Positions 10,441-19,275 of a stretch of 64,000 nt of DNA are shown piece after piece. The stretch comes from Fervidicoccaceae archaeon (GTDB taxonomy: Archaea > Thermoproteota > Thermoprotei_A > Sulfolobales > Fervidicoccaceae). The notes below the pieces were generated by a model. It worked only from the letters and a program-made list of their open reading frames with translations. It had not been told where the DNA came from and searched no databases. Location of the stretch: the NCBI GenBank assembly GCA_038734945.1, contig JAVYOA010000009.1, forward strand, positions 124,001 to 188,000, written 5' to 3'. Each line of letters starts with the position of its first letter. The first letter of the stretch is position 1. The translations under genes were made by a program, and so were the position numbers.

Positions 10441-10950
10441 TTATTCAATAATTTTTAGGAAGGCCTCCATCCATTGTGGAAGATCATCAGGTATTCTTGC
10501 AGTAACGACCTTTCCATGCACTACTGTTTTCTCATCGATCCACTCGGCTCCAGCAGCCCTCAGATCATCAGCAATTCCTGGATAGCTTGTTAGCTTCATC
10601 CCTCTAGCTCTTTCTGCTGTTATCAAAAGCTGTGGTCCATGACAGATGGCTGCTACAGGCTTTCCTGAATCAATAAAATGTCTCACTATTCTGATAGCAT
10701 CCTCCCTTGCTCTCACCCTTATTCTTTCCGGCCCCCTTCCTCCTGGTATAACAAGCGCATCAAATTTTGAAGGATCAACATCCTTCATGGATATCGCCTT
10801 CAACCTGTAACCGTTTTTCCCCTCAACTTCTCCGGAAGAAGGGGCAGCAATCGTAACATCATATCCCTTCTCCAGAAGCCTATAGTATGGATATAGAGCC
10901 TCTATATCCTCGAATTCAGGACCTACAATGATTAGGATTTTCTTCCCCAT
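10441..10950 (-). CDS. pfpI: PfpI/DJ-1 family protease/deglycase
   Basis: FEDIE, IPGGRGPE, AAICHGPQ; start at MGKK after a GGTGA RBS. Confidence 0.88.
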   Translation of the reverse strand: MGKKILIIVGPEFEDIEALYPYYRLLEKGYDVTIAAPSSGEVEGKNGYRLKAISMKDVDPSKFDALVIPGGRGPERIRVRAREDAIRIVRHFIDSGKPVAAICHGPQLLITAERARGMKLTSYPGIADDLRAAGAEWIDEKTVVHGKVVTARIPDDLPQWMEAFLKIIE

Positions 10951-11249
10951 TCTATTCACCAATTTATATTTCCAGCCGTTGAAGTAAAATTCATGATATA
11001 TGTATTTTGAGAGAGCTCTTAACAATAGTCAATCAAGCATTACCAGCACTCTTCAAATGCTATATCAAGCCGGATCTTCAATTCTAACTTCATGGAAAAA
11101 TGCAGCAGAGCATCCAAGATTGAACCGAGTATATATGCTAAGTATATGAACAATGCTCCCCGGTCTTAGCAAGTGGCCGAACCAACAAAAGAATAAAATC
11201 AAACGACTAAGTCTTCTGAAAAGTGCAAAGAAATGAGCTTTGAGCAAGC

Positions 11250-12386
11250 CTAAGCGCTCTCATTTTTCAACAAAAAATAGATCTTCTTCTTCCTTTTTCC
11301 ATCCATCTTATACATTGAAGCAACCATCCCCAGCCTCTCCAAAGAAACCAGAGACTTGTACACCCCCCTAAGTGTATATTTTCCCAATCTTTCCCATACC
11401 TCATAGGCAGTGCCCTCTTTAATTTCCCTTAGAACTTCAACAATCTCATCTGTTAGTTTAGATTTTCTTGCTCCTAATGGCTTCGGTCTATTGCTAGCAG
11501 CAGTTATTATTGCTATAGATTTTCTCTCCTTCCTCTCCCTAAGAGCAGCAAGGGATGCAGCAGAAATCAGCTTAGTCTTTATTCCAGCTTTTGCTAGCTC
11601 AATCATCTCGCCAAGCGCTTTCTCTCTGCTAACATTAACTACTCTTACATCATCTATATGCTTCAATATCTCTGGCTGCTGTCCTCCCTCAAGCTGAACA
11701 GCGACTACTTCTATGTTCGAATCCACGCCAGCTTGTCTTAGATCTTCCCTTCCCTTCCAGATCGAGAGAGCTAACAATCCTGTTTCCGCTGGGACAAAGA
11801 CTTTTCCCTCACGAAATCCTCTCTCCAATAACTCAAATGTTATTGTCTTTAGACCCTCTATGGTAAGGGGGTTAGCATAGCTTAGATATCCCCCAGAAAC
11901 ATTGAAAGTGATGTTTGCTCCCAATTCTGTTAACAGTAGAACCTCATCCGGATCCACCTGCTCTGGATCTCCTAAAATTACCTCAACATCAGCAATTCCC
12001 ATCAAGTAGCTCACGAGAGAGTATGTGAAATCTCTTGAGTAGCTTATCCTCACAGCCTTTCCTGGCTCGCTTGAGAGGATATAGCTCGAAATCATCGCAG
12101 AGGACCTATCAGCATAGCTACCAGTGGGATTTCTAGTTTCAAGCTTTACTCTGACATCACCTGCTTTTCTTATCGGAGTTATTCCTTCGCCAAGGCTTAT
12201 TTTGCGCACAAAATTAGGAAGCATCGAAGAATATCTCCATATGTTAGGAACGTTCTGTGCGACTCTCCATTTCAATTCCCTTATCCTCAGAATGGGAACT
12301 CCATCGCAGTTCTCACAGCTGAGATAGATCCCTTCTCGAGTTATTCCACAAGACAGGCACTCAGTCAGAATCGAACCCTGATCCAC
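11250..12386 (-). CDS. Threonine-synthase-like (PLP fold II) protein lacking the catalytic Lys, with C-terminal winged HTH
   Basis: N-terminal CxxC..CxxC, IWRY, SLGEGITP, NPTGSYADR (canonical NPTGSFKDR), EGLKTITFE; C-terminal TAYEVWERL..TLRGVYKSLVSLERLGMV..RKKKIY. Confidence 0.75.
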   Translation of the reverse strand: MDQGSILTECLSCGITREGIYLSCENCDGVPILRIRELKWRVAQNVPNIWRYSSMLPNFVRKISLGEGITPIRKAGDVRVKLETRNPTGSYADRSSAMISSYILSSEPGKAVRISYSRDFTYSLVSYLMGIADVEVILGDPEQVDPDEVLLLTELGANITFNVSGGYLSYANPLTIEGLKTITFELLERGFREGKVFVPAETGLLALSIWKGREDLRQAGVDSNIEVVAVQLEGGQQPEILKHIDDVRVVNVSREKALGEMIELAKAGIKTKLISAASLAALRERKERKSIAIITAASNRPKPLGARKSKLTDEIVEVLREIKEGTAYEVWERLGKYTLRGVYKSLVSLERLGMVASMYKMDGKRKKKIYFLLKNESA

Positions 12387-12393
12387 TACTAGT

Positions 12394-12987
12394 TCATCTC
12401 TTCCCCAAAGTTAAAATATACCTGTGAAGGCTGTAGTCTCCCGTTATTTCTGGATGAAAGGTCACAGCAATGACATTTTTCTGAATTGCGGCAACACCCG
12501 TTCTTCCATACGGGGGGAAGTCCAAATAAGATATTATCCTAGCTGAGCCCCAAGCTTGATCTATAGCTGGGGCCCTTATGAAAGCTGCCCTCACTTTCCC
12601 AACCCCTTCCACTTCTACAGATGTTTCAAACGACTCTCTCTGTCTACCGTAAAAATTGCGCACGACCGAAATGTCCATAACGCCGAGCAAAGGCTGCTTA
12701 ACTTCTCCCACTCTTCTGTCTGTGACCCTCTTGGCTAGCAAAATTGCTCCAGCACAGGTTCCCAGCACAGGCATTCCCTCTAATGCTAGTTCTCTAACTC
12801 TCTCCTCCAATCCTGCTCTTGACAGCAATTTACCAATAGAAGTAGACTCACCCCCGGGAATTATCAAGGCGTCAATTCCCTCCAAGTCCATAGGTTTCTT
12901 CACATAAACAGGTTCACCTCCAATTTCTCTGACAATTTCTGCATGTTCAAGGAAGTCTCCTTGGACAGCTATAATTCCAATCTTCAA
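12394..12987 (-). CDS. pdxT: PLP synthase glutaminase subunit
   Basis: QGDFLEH, IPGGESTS, GTCAG, RNFYGRQRESF, FHPE. Confidence 0.95.
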   Translation of the reverse strand: MKIGIIAVQGDFLEHAEIVREIGGEPVYVKKPMDLEGIDALIIPGGESTSIGKLLSRAGLEERVRELALEGMPVLGTCAGAILLAKRVTDRRVGEVKQPLLGVMDISVVRNFYGRQRESFETSVEVEGVGKVRAAFIRAPAIDQAWGSARIISYLDFPPYGRTGVAAIQKNVIAVTFHPEITGDYSLHRYILTLGKR

Positions 12988-12991
12988 TTTA

Positions 12992-14008
12992 TTACACCCC
13001 CCTAACCTGCATGAGCTCTTCAGGTCTCAGCTGCTTCAAGTCTATACCTTCCAAAGCTCCTCTCTCTGAGACCATTGATTGTGCTTCTGCTACTGCTTCA
13101 GGATCATCCCAATGAGTAGTTGCTATAACTATCGCTCTCGCTCTGTTTTCAGGATCCGCGCTCTTGAATATTCCAGAACCAACGAATATTCCATCTGCCC
13201 CCAGCCACATCATTAGGGCAGCATCTGCAGGAGTGGCTATTCCACCTGCAGCAAAATTAACTACTGGGAGCCTACCAAGCTTAGCAGTGAGAAGAGCGAG
13301 CTCATAGTTTACCTGGTTTTGCCTTGAATATGACAGAATCGCCTCAAAATCTCCTGCCTGGGCATATCCTCTAAGGATGGAGATATCTCTGTTAACCAGC
13401 TTTATGTGCTTCACGGCCTCCGCAACATTTCCTGTTCCCGGCTCACCTTTCGTTCTTATCATTGCTGCTCCTTCTTCAATTCTCCTGAGGGCTTCAGGAA
13501 GATTCCTAGCCCCATTCACAAACGGCGTCCTAAACTTCCATTTATCAATGTGGGCAGACTCATCTGCTGGTGTTAGAACTTCGCTCTCGTCAATTAGATC
13601 GACACCGAGCTCCTCCAATATTCTTGCTTCCCATTCATGAGCAATTCTGCACTTGGCTGAAACGGGAATCGTTATGCTGTCCATTACCCTCTTTATAATG
13701 GAAGCATCAGCGGTCCTCGCAACTCCTCCTGCCTTTCTGACATCGTAGGGAAGCTTATCGAGGACCATCACTCCAACTGCTCCTGCATCCTCAGCAATTT
13801 CAGCTTGTCTCTCATTTGTAACATCCATTATCACCCCACCCTTCAGCATGGACACAAATCCGTAGTTAACAAGCGGAGTGGAAATTCTTAATGGGAAGAG
13901 CTCCTTTCCCTCCTCTTTTATGAGATCTCTCTGTTCAAGAAGGGAATAGATGAGCTCCTTCAATCTATCCAAATAGACATACGAATCTATGAGTTTCAAT
14001 TCCCTCAC
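12992..14008 (-). CDS. pdxS: PLP synthase lyase subunit
   Basis: [56 protein letters not shown]. Confidence 0.96.
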   Translation of the reverse strand: MRELKLIDSYVYLDRLKELIYSLLEQRDLIKEEGKELFPLRISTPLVNYGFVSMLKGGVIMDVTNERQAEIAEDAGAVGVMVLDKLPYDVRKAGGVARTADASIIKRVMDSITIPVSAKCRIAHEWEARILEELGVDLIDESEVLTPADESAHIDKWKFRTPFVNGARNLPEALRRIEEGAAMIRTKGEPGTGNVAEAVKHIKLVNRDISILRGYAQAGDFEAILSYSRQNQVNYELALLTAKLGRLPVVNFAAGGIATPADAALMMWLGADGIFVGSGIFKSADPENRARAIVIATTHWDDPEAVAEAQSMVSERGALEGIDLKQLRPEELMQVRGV

Positions 14009-14044
14009 TGATTAAGAGGTAAATTGAAGAAAATAAATATACTT

Positions 14045-14060
14045 AATTGAACGTTCAATT
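14045..14060. promoter_or_regulatory. Perfect 16-bp palindrome AATTGAACGTTCAATT, candidate operator upstream of pdxS
   Basis: Exact inverted repeat just upstream of a minus-strand TATA-like tract (about 14032-14041) in a divergent intergenic region. Confidence 0.45.
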
Positions 14061-14101
14061 TCTTCTGAGAAACTCTTTTATTCCTTGTTGCGTAAAAAGC
14101 A

Positions 14102-14479
14102 ATGGGGTATACTAGTTTGGACGGCTCCACGGTTATACAGTACATGGCATACATTATGGCTGCCATGTCTGTAGTCACTATAGCTTATGCAGTGGTCAAC
14201 TACAAGCAGCAGACTAAGGCGCTTAAGCTGTATGCCGAATATATAAGAATGACTCTCGATCTCCCAGAGGTCAAGAAGTTCACGGAAACTAGAAAGCGAC
14301 CCAAAATAGATGTCGGTGAAGATAGAGAGGGTAAGAAGGTCCTGGTAAGGTATTATGTGAGGGAAATGGACAGAGATCATCCCAGCGTTACCATTTCAAT
14401 AGATAAAGCTACCAAGAGAATTCTCAAAACAGAGGTAAAGGGAGAAAGCGAAGGGAAGAAAGGTGAGCAGAGAAAGTAG
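14102..14479 (+). CDS. Hypothetical protein with one N-terminal TM helix
   Basis: ORF overlapping the GTPase gene; hydrophobic residues about 11-31. Confidence 0.6.
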   Translation: MGYTSLDGSTVIQYMAYIMAAMSVVTIAYAVVNYKQQTKALKLYAEYIRMTLDLPEVKKFTETRKRPKIDVGEDREGKKVLVRYYVREMDRDHPSVTISIDKATKRILKTEVKGESEGKKGEQRK

Positions 14480-15536
14480 CACGAATAAGAACTTGCCTGC
14501 TGATGCAGAGCTCAGGAGGCTACATCTTTCCCCATACGAGGAAATATATGAGAAGATTTACAGGAGAATAGGGAAACTGATAGAGAAGCAGAAAAAAGGA
14601 GAAGCGAAGGACAGCATGGATGAGGCACTGGAAATAGTGAACACGACCTTTAACATAATTCACGAGAAGTTAAAATCATATGAAAAATTTTATAGAATAG
14701 TTTCAAAGAGAGATGACCTGAGGGCATACATCTCCATAGTTCTCGGTGAGCAGGCTCTAAATAGTATTGAGCGGGCTGCAAGGCTAGATGGCAAAGTAAG
14801 ACAGCTCTATTCTACTTTAAAGAATGAGCTTCTCTCTGGGGATAGGAGAAATCTTAGGAATAAGGCTCTAGAGATATCTTCTCGATTGATATCTATAGTT
14901 AGGAGGAACAGAAAGCTTCTCTCCGAGGTTCTCGAGATAAAGAAAGAAGCTCTCCTATTTCCAGATATCTCGAGCAAGGTAACTATTGTCATAGCAGGTG
15001 CTCCAAATTCAGGAAAGAGCACTCTTGCTTCGAGAATATCTAATGCAAGGACAGAGATAGCTGAATATCCATTTTCCACAAAGATAGCTGTACCAGGAAG
15101 GTTTCTCGCTGAGGACATCCTGGACATAGCAGTCCTTGATACTCCAGGAATAATACATGAGAGCCTCAGCGAAATGAGCCTTTTCGAGAGAAGGGCAGTA
15201 GCAGTTCTAAGAATGTCAAGAGGGATCCTACTATTTCTTATTGATCCAACGGACTCCGCAGCTTTATCTCTGGATGAGCAGATCAAGATTCTCTCCAGAT
15301 TTAGAGAAGAAGTAGCTGAGCTCATGGTGATTGTGAACAAGGTGGACGCAGTAAATGAAGAAAAGCTCTCCATCGTTAGAGATGAGATCAAAAAATATAT
15401 TGGAAATGAGAGCGTTTATTTTATAAGTGCGACAGAGAGAATTGGACTGGAGCCTCTGATAAAGGCTCTGCAGAACAGAGCTAGAGAGATAATGTTGAGA
15501 GGATTAGATAGGAGAGGTGCTGAATTTGGAAATTGA
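14463..15536 (+). CDS. NOG1-like GTPase
   Basis: GAPNSGKST, YPFST, DTPG, NKVD, ISA; helical N-terminus. Confidence 0.8.
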   Translation: MSRESSTNKNLPADAELRRLHLSPYEEIYEKIYRRIGKLIEKQKKGEAKDSMDEALEIVNTTFNIIHEKLKSYEKFYRIVSKRDDLRAYISIVLGEQALNSIERAARLDGKVRQLYSTLKNELLSGDRRNLRNKALEISSRLISIVRRNRKLLSEVLEIKKEALLFPDISSKVTIVIAGAPNSGKSTLASRISNARTEIAEYPFSTKIAVPGRFLAEDILDIAVLDTPGIIHESLSEMSLFERRAVAVLRMSRGILLFLIDPTDSAALSLDEQIKILSRFREEVAELMVIVNKVDAVNEEKLSIVRDEIKKYIGNESVYFISATERIGLEPLIKALQNRAREIMLRGLDRRGAEFGN

Positions 15537-15960
15537 TGAGAAAATGTTCTACGACTATGATTCATTGCTTCAAAGGCTATACCAGAAAGTTCCAAAGCCT
15601 GCAAGCAGTGGAGAGAGATTTGAGCTTCCTAAGTTCCAACTGCACTACGTTGGAAATCAGACAATTATCAGGAACTTTAAGGAGGTTGCAGATCTGCTCA
15701 GGAGAGAGCCAGAAATGCTCCAGAGATATTTGCTGAGAGAACTGGCCACGGCGGGAAACTATGATCCCAACAGCGGAATTTTGACGATAAACACAAAGAT
15801 AAGCTCTTCGACCCTAACCCAGATCCTTGAGAGGTTCGTTGCTAACTATCTCATATGCCCCACATGCGGTAGACCTGATACGAGAATATTGAGAAAAGGA
15901 AAAATGTGGACGCTCAAATGCGATGCTTGCGGAGCCGAGCAGCCAGTTAAGCCTTTCTGA
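15517..15960 (+). CDS. eif2b: Translation initiation factor aIF-2 beta
   Basis: ERFELP, TIIRNF, ELATAG, CPTCGRPDT..CDACGA zinc finger. Confidence 0.93.
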   Translation: MLNLEIDEKMFYDYDSLLQRLYQKVPKPASSGERFELPKFQLHYVGNQTIIRNFKEVADLLRREPEMLQRYLLRELATAGNYDPNSGILTINTKISSSTLTQILERFVANYLICPTCGRPDTRILRKGKMWTLKCDACGAEQPVKPF

Positions 15961-15978
15961 GCAGAGGAAGGCTGAATA

Positions 15979-16287
15979 ATGGAAGAGATCTTTTCGCTTA
16001 AGGTAATAAAGACTGAAGAGATGAAAACAGTTCTAGTATGCGATGCGGAACTCCTGGGAAAAAAATTCATAGATGGGAAAAAAATTCTTGATATTAATGA
16101 AGAATATTATGGCGGAGAAATGGTTGATGAAGAAGAAGCAATGCGGAGCATTCTTGATGCAGACTATATATCACTGATAGGAGAAAAATCGGTGAAACTT
16201 GGTATTAAGATGGGCTTAGTTCATCCTGAAGCTGTGCTGAAAGTGTCCGGCGTTCCATATGCAATATACATAAACACGTTAATTTAA
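15979..16287 (+). CDS. DUF424 family protein
   Basis: CDAELLGKKF, YYGGE, VSGVPYA; usual neighbour of aIF-2beta and NMD3. Confidence 0.85.
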   Translation: MEEIFSLKVIKTEEMKTVLVCDAELLGKKFIDGKKILDINEEYYGGEMVDEEEAMRSILDADYISLIGEKSVKLGIKMGLVHPEAVLKVSGVPYAIYINTLI

Positions 16288-16289
16288 GG

Positions 16290-17315
16290 TTGAACGAAAT
16301 GATCAGATGTCCCATATGTGGGAAGGAAAAAAGCGCACTGCTCCCCTTCATAGAAGGCATCTGCATATCATGCTACCTCGAAAAGAATCCAGTAGAGCCA
16401 ATTACGATCAAAATAAAAACATGCAAATCCTGCGGTGCAATTTTCTTGAAGGGGAAATGGGAGCCTGAAGGTGGGAGAAAGCTGAACAGCATCATTATAC
16501 GGGAAGCAGAGAAAATCCTGCGAAAGAAATTCGGGCCTTATGGCTTCGAGGTATTTGTATCTAGCACAGGAGATAGCTTCAAGGCACAGGTCTTTGGAAA
16601 AGAGGGGAGCTATTCTTTCCCTATAAAAGTTGAAATCGTGGAAGAGAAGAGCATATGTCCCCTCTGCTTGGCCAAGAGATCTGGTGTTTATGAAGCAAAG
16701 ATACAGGTCAGAAGCAATGAGGGAAAAATAGATAAGGCAGTTTTCAACGAAGTCATGAGAATCATCTCTTCACTTCCTCTCGAGCTGAGAGAGAACGTTG
16801 TCAGTATAGATGAGCTCAGGGAAGGCTTCGATATAAATCTCAAAGATAAAGCAAGCGCTAAGATTTTAGCAACTGCTATTTCAAACAAGCTCGGAGGAAA
16901 CATGAAGCTGACACACAAGCTTATATCTGAAAGAGGAGGAGAGAAGAGAACAAGATTGTCAATCTCGCTCAGAATTCCAATTTCAAGAAAAGGAGGCATC
17001 TTCGAGATCTATGGGGAGCCGGCAATCTTAATGCATAAAACGGGGGAGCCACTGAGGTTGTATTTGCTAAATAGGAAAAGAGAGATCAGGTTGAATAAAG
17101 TAGAGCAGTCCAATTTGAAGCCGTTCAGTGGAGCACTTCATGAAGTAACAGTTCAGGCGGTGCTCCCAGAGAGAGTGATCGTTCTTCTTGAAGACTTCTC
17201 CACCGATGAGATTCCAATATCCTCTATTCTCGGTAAGCTTGAAACAGGAGAGAAATGCATCCTCATAGAACACAAGAAAGGGAAATTCCTGGTAAAGAAA
17301 GAGCTAATTACATGA
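16290..17315 (+). CDS. NMD3 family protein
   Basis: CPICG..CISC..CKSCG..CPLC zinc motifs, YEAKIQVR. Confidence 0.85.
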   Translation: MNEMIRCPICGKEKSALLPFIEGICISCYLEKNPVEPITIKIKTCKSCGAIFLKGKWEPEGGRKLNSIIIREAEKILRKKFGPYGFEVFVSSTGDSFKAQVFGKEGSYSFPIKVEIVEEKSICPLCLAKRSGVYEAKIQVRSNEGKIDKAVFNEVMRIISSLPLELRENVVSIDELREGFDINLKDKASAKILATAISNKLGGNMKLTHKLISERGGEKRTRLSISLRIPISRKGGIFEIYGEPAILMHKTGEPLRLYLLNRKREIRLNKVEQSNLKPFSGALHEVTVQAVLPERVIVLLEDFSTDEIPISSILGKLETGEKCILIEHKKGKFLVKKELIT

Positions 17316-17500
17316 TATCCAGGTCTTCAAGAACCATCTATTAGCATACAGATTTCCTTAAGAATGTTGGAAGCCAAGAGTTTAAGAAATCATGAAGAAG
17401 ATTTCAGAGAGAAAAGATATCCAAGCTGTAAATCTTTATTACAGGCGGTTACCCATCCTTTCTAGAAGAAGAATCATTCTTGAAAAGAGAGTGTGATTGA

Positions 17501-17815
17501 ATGGTAAAGAAAGAGGAAGAGCAAGAAGGGGAAATGCCGCTTCCAGGAAATGACACAGTTATATGTGTCGTTGAGAAAATTCTAGGAGGAGACCATTTTG
17601 TTGCCAGATGTGCTGATGGAATAAGGAGAATGACCAGAATTCCTGGTAGGCTTAGAAGAAGAATGTGGATAAGGGAGGGAGATATAGTGCTTGTAGCACC
17701 CTGGGAAATGCAGGCAGATAAGAGGGGAGATCTTGTATACAAATATGCAAGCAGTGAAGTAAGGAAGCTTGCCCAAAAAAATCTAATTCCTCCCGATCTG
17801 TTGGAGGGTGTCTAG
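17501..17815 (+). CDS. eif1a: Translation initiation factor aIF-1A
   Basis: RIPGRLRRRMWIREGDIVLVAPW. Confidence 0.95.
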   Translation: MVKKEEEQEGEMPLPGNDTVICVVEKILGGDHFVARCADGIRRMTRIPGRLRRRMWIREGDIVLVAPWEMQADKRGDLVYKYASSEVRKLAQKNLIPPDLLEGV

Positions 17816-18668
17816 GTCTTTGGAAGAGGAAGACATGGAGAGGAGAATTGATAGAGAGCTTTACGATGAAGAAAAGCGAGAGAAGGATTATGATCTTCTA
17901 AAAACTGTTGAAGAGGTTTTTGACTCATTCACAATCAGATCTCTATACGAGCTGGCAAGAAAGGTCAATATAAGAAAAATAACTGGAGTTATAAGCTCAG
18001 GAAAGGAAGCTAGAATCTATAGAGGTATAGATAGAGAAGGTCAGGAGCTGGCAATAAAAATATACCTTACCTTTTCCGCTGAGTTCAAAAAAAGCATAAG
18101 CAAATACATAGTTGGAGACGAGAGATTTGAGAAAGCTAAGATAACAAGCACAAGGAAACTCATGTCTCTATGGGCAAAGAAGGAATATTCAAACCTGAAG
18201 AAGATGTTCTCCTCAGGAGTTAGAGTGCCGAAGCCAATTGCACAGAGGGACAACATTGTTGTGATGGAGTTCATAGGAAAGGACGGGAACAGAGCACCGC
18301 TTCTAAAAGAAATCGGCGGGAATCTGGAGGATCCTCAAAGGATATATGAGGAAATATTGGAAAATGTGAAGAAGATGGTTTGTAAAGGAGAGCTAGTTCA
18401 CGCTGATCTGAGCGAATATAACATAATGATATTCGAAGGAACCCCAGTAATAATCGATGTATCACAGTCAGTGTTGCTTTCTCATCCCAACGCTGAAGAA
18501 TTTCTGAAAAAGGATATAATGAACATTGACAGGTTCTTTAAGAGAACACATGGTATAAAACCTATTGGAGAGACCATCCTGGAGGAGGAACTGCTGGAAT
18601 GTCTGAAGAAAGAGAGAGAAGAGCTGTACCTTTCAAAATATTCGAACAGATCCCACCAGAGAGAATAG
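17808..18668 (+). CDS. rio1: RIO1 family Ser/Thr kinase
   Basis: ISSGKEARIY, AIKIY, LVHADLSEYNI, IIDVSQ. Confidence 0.93.
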   Translation: MSRSLEEEDMERRIDRELYDEEKREKDYDLLKTVEEVFDSFTIRSLYELARKVNIRKITGVISSGKEARIYRGIDREGQELAIKIYLTFSAEFKKSISKYIVGDERFEKAKITSTRKLMSLWAKKEYSNLKKMFSSGVRVPKPIAQRDNIVVMEFIGKDGNRAPLLKEIGGNLEDPQRIYEEILENVKKMVCKGELVHADLSEYNIMIFEGTPVIIDVSQSVLLSHPNAEEFLKKDIMNIDRFFKRTHGIKPIGETILEEELLECLKKEREELYLSKYSNRSHQRE

Positions 18669-19186
18669 GAGCATTGATAGGCTCGGGTGGAAGCATCAAG
18701 GAGAAGATAGAAGTATCCACGGGAACAATGATAACAATAGATAGCAATACTGGAACTGTTGTTATAGAGCCAGGTACCAAGAATCTTCCCCCCGACTCCT
18801 TACTCAAGGCCAGGGATATAGTTAGGGCAATATCCATCGGCTTTCCTCCTGAAAAGGCATTCCGCCTTTTGGAAGATGACCAGATTCTACTCCTCATAGA
18901 TCTCAGCATGATTATTGAGGGCGAGAATCATCTCAGAAGAATAAAGGCAAGAATTATAGGGGAAGAGGGAAAGGCGAGAAAAATTTTGGAGGAAACAACT
19001 GGGACAGATATAGTGATAGGGGAAAAGAGCATAGGAATAATTGGAGATTTCGAGCAGGTCAGAATCGCTGAGGAGGCCATCAGGATGCTAATTGATGGCA
19101 AGCCTCATGCTTCAGTATATTCATTTTTAGAGAGGGAAGCTAGAAGAATGAAGAGAAAGAAAATAACTGACTTGTGGAAGAGCTAA
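18599..19186 (+). CDS. KH-domain RNA-processing protein (Dim2/Pno1/Krr1-like)
   Basis: IGALIGSGG, RIKARIIGEEGK, GKPHASVY; follows rio1. Confidence 0.88.
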   Translation: MSEERERRAVPFKIFEQIPPERIGALIGSGGSIKEKIEVSTGTMITIDSNTGTVVIEPGTKNLPPDSLLKARDIVRAISIGFPPEKAFRLLEDDQILLLIDLSMIIEGENHLRRIKARIIGEEGKARKILEETTGTDIVIGEKSIGIIGDFEQVRIAEEAIRMLIDGKPHASVYSFLEREARRMKRKKITDLWKS

Positions 19187-19189
19187 AAG

Positions 19190-19261
19190 GAAGGCGATGA
19201 TGTTTGGTGACGGCACCGAAACTATAGAAAATGTGGTTGCAATGTGAATAGCTGAGCCTTC
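19190..19261 (+). ncRNA. Box C/D methylation guide sRNA
   Basis: Terminal stem GAAGGC/GCCTTC encloses C box ATGATGT (19197-19203), D' CCGA (19216-19219) and D box CTGA (19252-19255); C' is degenerate. Confidence 0.75.
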
Positions 19262-19275
19262 TCAGGTGAGAAGTA

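Noticed and set aside
11065..11247. 60-aa ORF downstream of the ThrC-like gene
   Set aside because: No recognisable motif or RBS; cannot be supported.
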